Source: Deltaproteobacteria bacterium
GTDB lineage: Bacteria; Desulfobacterota; Desulfobacteria; Desulfobacterales; UBA11574
Reading direction: 5' to 3'
NCBI GenBank assembly: GCA_019313505.1
Contig: JAFDBA010000001.1
Span: 1-55,765 of the forward strand
DNA: 55,765 nucleotides
The position numbers and the translations under genes were made by a program. Positions 46,201 to 54,551 of the stretch are shown here, one piece after another. Numbering within the stretch: position 1 is the stretch's first letter; every line of letters begins with the position of its first letter. The notes below the pieces were generated by a model. It saw only the letters and a list, made by a program, of their open reading frames with translations, made no database searches and was not told the origin of the DNA.

Positions 46201-47420
46201 GTCCTTATATTTAAAATGTGGGCGGTATTAAACTCTATTTGCCAGTTGTTCCCGACACCTTTAATCATGGGTGACTGAAAGCCTAAATCGATTACATAAT
46301 CGATAAAAAATTTTACAAGGTCGCTGTCATCGGTTTTATAAACACCTTTCCCCATATTCAAAATACAGTTCAATGCGGTTGCAGGGTATTTACCGGCTCT
46401 GGTCTTTAGTATGGGAAAGGTTTTATGAATCAGGCTTCCGATATTCAGATTGCTCTCATGGGCAATGAGCCAGCTCAATGTTCTGTTTATGTCCCGTAGA
46501 GTTTCCTCATGGATCATCGACAGTCCGGAAATATTCATTATGTGGAAAAGAGAAATAAGCTTCCACCGGTTACCCGGAACGGTTTTAGTGCTTTCATCCA
46601 GGAGACTCTGAGGCATTTTCCGGTATGTTTCTACAAACTGGTCGTAACCAGGGAGCATTAATAGCCTTTTCAGAACATCTTCGGATTCAAGGTTTTTAGG
46701 CTGAGCGATCTTTGCAAGTCTACTTTTATACCGGTTGATCTGTTTATGGGATATGATTTGAAAAAAATTCTTCAAATTTTCCCGGTTATCAATTTTATCA
46801 GCCTCTTTTTCAAACCAGGTCCACGGATCTTTTTCAGACAGCCAGTAACTATAAATACGCTCATAGTATTTTATGAGAAGCAGATTGACGGCATTACAAT
46901 CTTCTTCAATTTCAGATGAATAATTTAAAAGCGCATCCGCCAGTTTCCTTATCTGATAGAAACTTTTAACAAACAAAAAGAAATTCTCCCCATCATACGC
47001 TCTAATACTATTAAATGAGTCATCGATCACCGGTTTGAATCTTGTGAAGTCGGAGCCAGATTCCTTTATGATTTTTTGAATAAAAAGGAGAAAGTTGTCC
47101 ACGGCATCAGCCCTGACCTCGATATCGCTTTTTGATTCAATTGCGCGCATAAAAATATCGACTAAAAGTTCTGTGGCTTCAGGTCCTTTTGGGTGGCTTT
47201 TTAAAAGATGAAAATAATCGAGGGAATAAACTCTCGCTTCATTAACAATAAATTTCCAATTTTTATAAGGATGCGAGAGTTCTTTCAGCAGGGTGTTCAA
47301 TCCTTCCAAGATCCCGTAATATTTAGACATTATCTCTTGCAGAATTGAATATTTTTCATCGATGGCGACATCGACATGGTAGTCTGCTATATTCACCTCA
47401 AGTGCTTTTGATTGTATCAT
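43242..47420 (-). CDS. 1392-aa protein: about 900 aa of unrecognised N-terminal region, then PPDK-type ATP-grasp nucleotide-binding domain, then phosphohistidine swivel domain; no PEP/pyruvate TIM barrel
   Basis: The last roughly 485 aa align by eye with the N-terminal two-thirds of pyruvate phosphate dikinase. Matching segments are [97 protein letters not shown] and QEMEFTFE. The swivel motif [26 protein letters not shown] follows. The ORF ends about 60 aa after that His. Confidence 0.8.
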   Translation of the reverse strand: [1392 protein letters not shown]

Positions 47421-47435
47421 TAAACTACCCTAATA

Positions 47436-47473
47436 ATTGAAGATTGTTGATTGAAGATTGTTGATTGAAGATT
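47436..47473. repeat. Tandem 14-bp repeat ATTGAAGATTGTTG x2.7 (ATTG heptads) 15 nt upstream of the 1392-aa gene start
   Basis: Units span 47436-47449, 47450-47463 and 47464-47473. ATTG occurs at 47436/43/50/57/64 in exact 7-bp phase. Confidence 0.8.
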
Positions 47474-47625
47474 AAAAATTGAATAACCGCAAAATTCACC
47501 TTAAATAATCGTCAACCTCCAATTTTGAAGGTTACCAGATTCAGTGTTTTTTTTCAAGAGAATTAGTGAGTTGCTCTTCGGCCCTCAGGACTCACGCCCC
47601 GGAGAACTCGGAAATGACAATAAAT

Positions 47626-47659
47626 TTCAACATTCAATCAACAATTTTCAATCTTCAAT
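47626..47659. repeat. Inverted copy of the heptad array (TTCAACATTCAATCAACAATTTTCAATCTTCAAT)
   Basis: CAAT occurs at 47635/42/49/56 in 7-bp phase. Its reverse complement (ATTGAAGATTGAAAATTGTTGATTGAA...) matches the 47436 array over 8 + 12 nt, with one extra heptad. Confidence 0.7.
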
Positions 47660-47692
47660 AAAAAAAGCCTCTCCAAGAGGAGAGGCTTTTTT
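47660..47692 (-). terminator. Rho-independent (bidirectional) terminator ending the acs operon
   Basis: GCCTCTCC (47667-47674) / GGAGAGGC (47679-47686) with a 4-nt loop. It is flanked by A7 on the left (U7 on the minus strand) and T6 on the right. It lies 25 nt after the acsE stop. Confidence 0.8.
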
Positions 47693-47716
47693 GAAAGTTC
47701 TTTGTAGAATTAAAAA

Positions 47717-48598
47717 TTAGAGTTCAAGCCATGAATCCGAGTAAAGGGATTTTCCGAGGATTACATTGGTAGTTTTAGCAAAATCCTGCATCTCTTTTGA
47801 AAGGCTCTTCATATCCGGTTTATCGCCGTCTATGATGCCGTAAATCAAATCCACGATATCCTGGCGCTTACCCCTGGCAATCGCTATCGTCAAATCGTCA
47901 AGGGGATCGGCAATCACCGATTCCATGCCGTATTTCTGGAGCATTACCGTGAAAGTCTGGTTGAGGATTGGCCGCAGATGGTCGGGCGGACCGTTTGATA
48001 TGTTCGACACTCCACATGTGCTCCTGACACCCGGCGCAATATCCTGGAGCATCCCGTTAAATTCCATCAGGCTTATTGCCTGGGGCTGCTGGATGTTGAC
48101 CGGAGTTACAATGCCGTCCACCCAGATCTTTTCATTGGGGATACCGGCCTCGTTGGCGACATGGAGAAGTTCAACTGCCAGGGCCGCACGTTCATTCTCA
48201 TCCCGCGGGAGACCTTCAGGGCCCCACAAAAGGGCAACGAAATCCGCATTGTATTCTGCAGCCATTGGGATCATCTTTTCATACCGTTCGGGTCTGCACA
48301 TAATGGAATTGATAATGGGAGTCAACTTGCAGACTTTTAGTGCGGCCTCAATGGCATTGATGTTGGATGTGTCCAGAACCAGTGGAATATCGTCAACCAC
48401 CTCCTGAACCGTTTCAACCACCCAGGGCATCAACTCGTGGCCGTCTTTTTTTGCCGGACCGAGATTAATGTCTATGTAATCCATTCCCTTTTCTTTTTGA
48501 AAAAGGGCTTCTTCCTGAATCGGCTTGGGGTCACGCTCCTTAAATGCCTTTCCGATCTTTTTACCTATTACATTTAAACTTTCACCTATAAGTATCAT
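47717..48598 (-). CDS. acsE: Methyltetrahydrofolate:corrinoid/iron-sulfur protein methyltransferase
   Basis: 293 aa pterin-binding TIM-barrel family protein (IGESLNV, YIDINLGP, LVLDTSN). It is the last gene of the CODH/ACS operon. Confidence 0.85.
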   Translation of the reverse strand: MILIGESLNVIGKKIGKAFKERDPKPIQEEALFQKEKGMDYIDINLGPAKKDGHELMPWVVETVQEVVDDIPLVLDTSNINAIEAALKVCKLTPIINSIMCRPERYEKMIPMAAEYNADFVALLWGPEGLPRDENERAALAVELLHVANEAGIPNEKIWVDGIVTPVNIQQPQAISLMEFNGMLQDIAPGVRSTCGVSNISNGPPDHLRPILNQTFTVMLQKYGMESVIADPLDDLTIAIARGKRQDIVDLIYGIIDGDKPDMKSLSKEMQDFAKTTNVILGKSLYSDSWLEL

Positions 48599-48735
48599 AT
48601 GTCCTCCCTTGTCATTTGTTCCTTCAGCGTATCATCAGCAACGATGAAATGCAAAGAATATCTTTCTAAACACCTAACCCGGATAAACCGAAAAAGCGCC
48701 TAAAGTGCCTGATAACCAGTGACCAAATATTTGTA

Positions 48736-48767
48736 AGCAGGATGGTCAAAGGGAAAACCATCCTGCT
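48736..48767 (-). promoter_or_regulatory. Intra-operon stem-loop between acsC and acsE
   Basis: AGCAGGATGG (48736-48745) / CCATCCTGCT (48758-48767), a 10-bp stem with no clear U tract. Confidence 0.4.
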
Positions 48768-48778
48768 CTATTTAACGG

Positions 48779-50119
48779 CTATTTAGATTTGAGAAATGCC
48801 GGAATATGAGCGGCTTCTCTTGGTCCTACGGTAATGGTCCAGCCCGGTAGTTCCTCTTCCACATCACCGGCAATGGCGGCCGCATAACCGGGTATAATCA
48901 GTTCCGTGTGCTTGACTTTATCCATAATGCCGCATTTTTTGACGAACATGCCCACATCATCACCTGCAAATTTGCCGGCAGACCAGGCTGTCAGTACGGA
49001 CAGACCTTCGGTATCTTTGATGAGCAGCCAGGAAGGTACCTTGCTCCCTTCAATTTCACCGCATACGATAAAGTATGTCAAGGCAAAATTGGTGGTAACA
49101 AGGACCGGAGAATTTTCATCCGGTTCGCCGATTTCATAGATGCCCTCTGTCACGGTCATGGGTCTCTGGGGATCGGTGAAGATGTTCAGCCGCTCAACCA
49201 GCAGGGCAAAAAGGCTGCCGCCCCAAAAATCGGATAGAATCGTAATACCGCCGTACTTGGCGATAAACATTGCAGCGATCAAGGTTTCCACATCCAGGTT
49301 TGAAGCCATTTCACAGGGGAATGTAATGGTGGGAAAACCCAAAGCCTTGTTTCCTGACTTAAGCGCTTCGCGGCGGATGACCACCTGGTCCTGGAATGCC
49401 TGCTTGATCTCTCTGGAACCCGAATCGATGACAAGATCTTTGATCCCCATTTCAGTCAATTTAGTTGTCAAAGGAATAACCCCTTCAACAGAATCGGCCT
49501 TTACCGCCAGGGGCAGATCGTTATCCTTGGCTATGGCACCGAAATCATCGATATTACCTTCGGTGGCAGCATAGATAAGAGGTCTTTTGAATTTACAGGC
49601 CTCGACGCCTGCCGTCATCACTCCTGCATCTTCCGACATCAAAACCAGGTTAAATTCCGAGGTTTCCGCAATGGTTTTGGCCACGTTGGCAAAAGCATCT
49701 TTATCGCCGTTCACGTCCTTTACGGCTACAAGCTCGGGTCTGAGATTAAAACCGACTCTTTCGAACTGGAAAGCGTTCCATCCCTTTAGCTTGCCTTCGA
49801 GGTCGGATTGGGCGATGTCGGAACCGACCAGGGCTCCGATGGGAGTCGGGCTAAAAAAAGTTTTTTCATGACGATACATAACGGTCTCACCGCCAATTTT
49901 AGCCTTTCTGACACCTTGTCCAAGAGAAATAGGACGGATGGGCGGCGCCGAAGCCTCGGCAAGCTGTTCCTTTGCCTCGTCAGACACATACGGGCAATCA
50001 TCTAATTCAGCCTTGCCCGATGCCAGATTCATGGCAAATGCAAGGCATGTGGGAACACCGCATTCTTTACAGTTGGTCTTTGGCAAAAGTTTAAAAATCT
50101 GAATACCGGTTAATGCCAT
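48779..50119 (-). CDS. acsC: Corrinoid iron-sulfur protein large subunit (gamma, CdhE-type)
   Basis: 446 aa. The N-terminal 4Fe-4S motif is LPKTNCKECGVPTCLAFA...CPY. Confidence 0.85.
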   Translation of the reverse strand: MALTGIQIFKLLPKTNCKECGVPTCLAFAMNLASGKAELDDCPYVSDEAKEQLAEASAPPIRPISLGQGVRKAKIGGETVMYRHEKTFFSPTPIGALVGSDIAQSDLEGKLKGWNAFQFERVGFNLRPELVAVKDVNGDKDAFANVAKTIAETSEFNLVLMSEDAGVMTAGVEACKFKRPLIYAATEGNIDDFGAIAKDNDLPLAVKADSVEGVIPLTTKLTEMGIKDLVIDSGSREIKQAFQDQVVIRREALKSGNKALGFPTITFPCEMASNLDVETLIAAMFIAKYGGITILSDFWGGSLFALLVERLNIFTDPQRPMTVTEGIYEIGEPDENSPVLVTTNFALTYFIVCGEIEGSKVPSWLLIKDTEGLSVLTAWSAGKFAGDDVGMFVKKCGIMDKVKHTELIIPGYAAAIAGDVEEELPGWTITVGPREAAHIPAFLKSK

Positions 50120-50191
50120 AATTGTCTCCTTGTTCTAAATTCAAACATTTTATGTTTTTGAATTTTACTTCTTTAATTTTAAAGGATTAAA

Positions 50192-50214
50192 GGAGCGGGA
50201 TCTGATCCCGCTCC
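50192..50214 (-). promoter_or_regulatory. Intra-operon stem-loop between acsB and acsC
   Basis: GGAGCGGGA (50192-50200) / TCCCGCTCC (50206-50214), a 9-bp stem with a 5-nt loop. Confidence 0.4.
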
Positions 50215-50236
50215 AGTTGCTCTTAATAAATTATTA

Positions 50237-52447
50237 CTACATAATCGGGTCCATTGTTAGGGCCGGATGACCGATTTTTTCGAGGAAAGGCATAATTTCT
50301 TCCTCGGTGATTCCCACGGTTTCGTCGGCGATCTTATCATACAGGTCGGGAACACCCAATTCTTCACCCCGCTTTTCAATTCGCTCTTTGATCTCTTCCT
50401 TGAGTCCCTTGGGCATCCAGACCATGCGCAGCAGTCCGCCGTCGCCGGTTATGAACTTGCGCTGGGTAATATTGTACTTGGAGTGACCCACAAAACCGGG
50501 TGAAGATGCTCCGCCGCCCATGACACCGGCCAGGGTGGTAAATTTCATACCGCAGGGGGTCTCACCAGCATACTCCCTGCCCACCGTCATGATGCCGTTA
50601 CAGGATGGAAGCAAAGCTGCAATGCATTCGCAGCAACCGCATGTGGTCATGGGATCGATCAGCATGGAGTAAAAGTTGTAATGGGTGACATTGCCCCGGG
50701 AGGCCTTGTAAACAAAATCATTGACACCTTTCCACTGGCCCAGATCAGGATCGAGACATTCGCCCTTTTCGATGGGCTGGTTCGGTCCTGTTGGGTTGAT
50801 CTCAAAAGACGCTTTACAGTCCATCCAGTTGTAAGCGCCGCAAAGACCGGTCCGCTCGGGACTCACAGTGCAAACATGGTTGGGCGCAAAAGACTGGCAG
50901 AGGGTGCATGAGTAAAAAATTTCCTCTCCCTCATCCGTCATGTTTTCAACCCTCTCGTCCCTGTGCTTGTAATCTGCCCGGGCCCTTTTAGTCAGCGCAT
51001 CAACATCTTTTTTCTTTGTGTACAGGGTAACCTGGACCTTGTCGAGGATATTGCCGAAATCCTGGTGAAACTTGGCATGAAGGACAACACCGATATCCTT
51101 TAAGGTAAATCCCTTTTCCATGGCTGACTTGCTTATGCGGAACCAGGAGATATCCCGCTGGCCGATGTGCATGATACCTTGAATATAGTTAACCAGATGG
51201 TGGATCTGACGCTCAAGAATCGGTTCAAAATCTTCCTGGAACTCACGGCCGGCGACCTGAATATAGATGCCCATCGGGAATGTGTCGCCTTCTTTGAGAT
51301 CAGTAATATCAGGACCGACGACCTCAACCTTGCCGTCCTCGATCTCCTTTAAATCGGCCATCTTACAAAGCTCGGTGCACTGGGTCTTGCCGCCGCCGCA
51401 TTGTGCGTAAAGATCCTTGCCCCTGACCCGCTCGCCCTCAAAGGCCGGGCCGAAGGATAAGGGAATGTCGATTTCGGTAACCGCAACTTTAAGGCCTCTG
51501 ACTTCAACTGACCTCTGACATATTTCATCATGGGGTACATTGGCTACCACATGCTCATAGGTACAGATACCGGTGGGCAAAATTTCGGGAATGTCGGTAT
51601 CGGCCAGGGTCGGGAAACCCCAGTTTACACAACCTGCCGCGGCACAAGCCCAGTGGGTGCCCACATCACCTAAAGCATTGACAAATGCAAAGATCCTGTT
51701 TTTATTATAAAGAAGCATACTTTTATAGTCACCGGCCTGAACATTGCCGAAGGACATTGCCGCCCGGTTGGCAAACCCTAAGGCAAATACGGCAGACGAA
51801 ATATCAGGACCAAAAGGTACGATCCTGGTACCCCAGCCAACCTGGACACCGGCTTCAATGAGCTGCTCAATGACCGATGTACCATTGTGGCTGGCTGCAC
51901 AGAAGATATATAGATTTTTCAACTGGTAGTCTTCGACTATCGCCTTTGCAATTTCGGGATTGGGTGCGGCACCAACAATGGCTGCAAAACCGGGCGCTGA
52001 GCCGTCCACAAATTCAACACCTCTCTTTCGCAGAATAACGTCGTCTGCAGGACCGGTCCAGATCTTGCCTCCATCTATATCCGGATCTTCGTGGGGGTAA
52101 TAAAAATCAGGGTCTGTAACACTGCGGATACCTTCTTTGATTTCATATGCAATAATTGCTGCCATGCCGGCATCCAGAAGGGGTCCTAAGTAAGGCAAAT
52201 GATTTACCCTTTTTACATGGGCCGGGAGCAGCCCGCGGGCAAATTCCATGGGTACTTGCAAATCTTCCAGGGTTTCAACCTTGTGACCTAAAAGAGAATA
52301 GATTACCGGCAGATAGTAGCCCGTATTCGGGAATTCTACCTTGGTATCTGCATTATAGGCCGCAAGAGTATTTCTCAACTCCCCTTCAACCTCTGAAACA
52401 ACATTGTAGCCGCCCTGAATGGCAGCAAATGCTACTAATTTCGACAT
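50237..52447 (-). CDS. acsB: Acetyl-CoA synthase (A-cluster subunit)
   Basis: 736 aa, a bacterial AcsB-length protein. A-cluster Cys region is CTLCQSFAPNHVC...CGA and ...TTCGCCEC. Confidence 0.9.
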   Translation of the reverse strand: MSKLVAFAAIQGGYNVVSEVEGELRNTLAAYNADTKVEFPNTGYYLPVIYSLLGHKVETLEDLQVPMEFARGLLPAHVKRVNHLPYLGPLLDAGMAAIIAYEIKEGIRSVTDPDFYYPHEDPDIDGGKIWTGPADDVILRKRGVEFVDGSAPGFAAIVGAAPNPEIAKAIVEDYQLKNLYIFCAASHNGTSVIEQLIEAGVQVGWGTRIVPFGPDISSAVFALGFANRAAMSFGNVQAGDYKSMLLYNKNRIFAFVNALGDVGTHWACAAAGCVNWGFPTLADTDIPEILPTGICTYEHVVANVPHDEICQRSVEVRGLKVAVTEIDIPLSFGPAFEGERVRGKDLYAQCGGGKTQCTELCKMADLKEIEDGKVEVVGPDITDLKEGDTFPMGIYIQVAGREFQEDFEPILERQIHHLVNYIQGIMHIGQRDISWFRISKSAMEKGFTLKDIGVVLHAKFHQDFGNILDKVQVTLYTKKKDVDALTKRARADYKHRDERVENMTDEGEEIFYSCTLCQSFAPNHVCTVSPERTGLCGAYNWMDCKASFEINPTGPNQPIEKGECLDPDLGQWKGVNDFVYKASRGNVTHYNFYSMLIDPMTTCGCCECIAALLPSCNGIMTVGREYAGETPCGMKFTTLAGVMGGGASSPGFVGHSKYNITQRKFITGDGGLLRMVWMPKGLKEEIKERIEKRGEELGVPDLYDKIADETVGITEEEIMPFLEKIGHPALTMDPIM

Positions 52448-52505
52448 ACTTTCCTCCTTCGTTGAGGATTTATTATAACCTCATATTAAAATATATCTTG
52501 CATCA

Positions 52506-54551
52506 TTATTTTTGATATGCAGCTTCCATTTTCATGCGATCATCCATATCCATAAGCACTCTTTCCCTGGCCTTGTCTATGCCTAATTCCTTGCGTTTTT
52601 TGTCTATATGGGCAATCATCAACCGGGCATGCTTCATCGGATCAGGCTCAATATCCCACATACCTCCGTAAATCTTTTCCAGATCCTTGCAAATGTAATC
52701 ATGGAAAACAGGAGCACCTGAAGTGGGCAGGGTGACACCAAAGACCGTATATACGCCGGATACAACAAAATAATGACCGATACTGATGGCCTTTTCACTC
52801 ATCCATTCGGGTGCGCTTCCGGCTACGGGCAGATCAGAAATGTCTTTTCCTAAGCCGCCGGCCTTGACAACTTCGGTTGCTGCCAGAAGGATGCGGCTGT
52901 TGTCAACACAGGAACCAAGATGCAGAACCGGTGGAATACCAACGACTTCGCAAACCTCGGCCAGACCAGGTCCGCAAAATACCTGGGCTGTTTCCGGTGT
53001 CAAAAGTCCTTCCATGGCGCAGGCGATCGCGTTGCAGCCGGTGGTCAGGACCAGCACATCGTTTTTGAGCAGCTCTTTAACTACCATAATATGGTCTCTA
53101 TTATGGACTGTACGGGCATTGTTGCAGCCCACCACGCCGGCCAAGCCCCGGATACGGCCATTGATGATATTGTCATTTAAGGTATAGTAGGTTCCCCTGA
53201 AGGTTCCACCCAGGTGGTATTCGATGGATTCAACACCAAAACCGGCAATCTGGACAGCTTTATGTTTGGGGATCATGACTTCTGCTTTCCGGTTCTTAAA
53301 GTTGTCGATGGCCATCTTAACGATCCGCTCGGCGTCTCTTACGGCATGATGCTCGTCAAACTCGATGTGGATCACACTATCCTGCTCCATTTTGGCAATG
53401 GGATGGGTGGTAATCAGGTGTGTATGAAAACATTCGGCCACGTTGGCAAGGTTCTGCATGATACACTGGATGTCCACCACCATGGCGTCACAGGCGCCGG
53501 TGATAATGGCAAGCTCCTGAGACAAAAAAGTGGTTGCACTGGGGATGCCGTGGCGCTGGAGGATCTCATTGGCCGTACAGCAGATACCGCTTAGCTGAAT
53601 TCCTTTGGCACCTTTTGACTTTGCATAATCTATCATTTTCTGGTCTTGTGTCACCGACACGATTATCTCGGACAGAACCGGCTCATGACCATGAACGATA
53701 ATGTTGACATGATCTTCCTTCATGACCCCGAGATTGGCCTCGGACTGTATTGGATAGGGGGTCCCGAAAAGAACATCCTGAAGATCAGTGGCAAGCATGG
53801 AGCCGCCCCAGCCGTCTGCTATGGCCGCCCGGCTACCCTGCTTGATCAGATTTTTAAAATCCTGATCAACACCCATATGGGTGCGGTGCATGATCTCAAC
53901 AATTTCCCGATCGATATTTCTGGGAATAACGCCGGCTTTTTTCCATTTTTCATAAAGGGGCGCAGGCGCTCTTTTTGCGTACAAAAGCTCACCCCCGTAT
54001 TTGCCCCATTCATTCATTGCGGCTTCAGCCACTTCAAGGGCGATGTCATCAGTTTTTCGGTTAACCTGCTCGCCGTCAACTTCAACCGTGGTTTCAACAC
54101 CGAGCCAGGGAGCGATCTGCAGGAGCTTTTTGACATCTTTTATCTTGTAAGCATCGGTTTCCTTTTTTGCAGCGGACATGAAAACTTCGGCAACGCAGCG
54201 ACCGTGATCTGAATGGGCTGAAGCGCCCCCTGCGATCATCCGGATAAAGTTACGGGCCGCAATGGTATTGGCTGTGGCTCCGCACAGGCCCTTTCTGGTG
54301 TCCTCGCCTTCGATTCCTGCTTTCGGGAGCGGGAGACGGCACGGCCCCATGGAACAATTTTTACAACAGGTGCCCTGCACACCGATGTTACAGGGTTTCA
54401 TTTGTGCCGCTCTGTCATAAACCGTATCGATTCCCAGTTCCTGAGCCCTGGCTTGCATCTGCTGAGTTGCAGGATCAATGGAAATCGCTTTCGGATCAGC
54501 CATCTTTTTCGGCTTTTTCGCCTTTACTACTTTTTTTTCTTCTTCTGCCAT
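52506..54551 (-). CDS. acsA: ACS-associated Ni-Fe CO dehydrogenase subunit
   Basis: 681 aa. GTCCKNCSMGPC, GLCGA, IIVHGHEP, SGICCTANE, GCNNA, LGSCVD and APEWMSEKA motifs. It is a paralogue of cooS at 20666. GAGGAGG SD. The N-terminal tail is Lys-rich. Confidence 0.9.
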   Translation of the reverse strand: MAEEEKKVVKAKKPKKMADPKAISIDPATQQMQARAQELGIDTVYDRAAQMKPCNIGVQGTCCKNCSMGPCRLPLPKAGIEGEDTRKGLCGATANTIAARNFIRMIAGGASAHSDHGRCVAEVFMSAAKKETDAYKIKDVKKLLQIAPWLGVETTVEVDGEQVNRKTDDIALEVAEAAMNEWGKYGGELLYAKRAPAPLYEKWKKAGVIPRNIDREIVEIMHRTHMGVDQDFKNLIKQGSRAAIADGWGGSMLATDLQDVLFGTPYPIQSEANLGVMKEDHVNIIVHGHEPVLSEIIVSVTQDQKMIDYAKSKGAKGIQLSGICCTANEILQRHGIPSATTFLSQELAIITGACDAMVVDIQCIMQNLANVAECFHTHLITTHPIAKMEQDSVIHIEFDEHHAVRDAERIVKMAIDNFKNRKAEVMIPKHKAVQIAGFGVESIEYHLGGTFRGTYYTLNDNIINGRIRGLAGVVGCNNARTVHNRDHIMVVKELLKNDVLVLTTGCNAIACAMEGLLTPETAQVFCGPGLAEVCEVVGIPPVLHLGSCVDNSRILLAATEVVKAGGLGKDISDLPVAGSAPEWMSEKAISIGHYFVVSGVYTVFGVTLPTSGAPVFHDYICKDLEKIYGGMWDIEPDPMKHARLMIAHIDKKRKELGIDKARERVLMDMDDRMKMEAAYQK

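Noticed and set aside
47568-47609. GC-rich palindromic segment with CUGAGG...GAAG on the minus strand, considered as a hammerhead-like ribozyme core or B12-box.
   Set aside because: The CUGAnGA box is not satisfied (G where A9 is required). There is no matching three-stem layout and no B12-box consensus.
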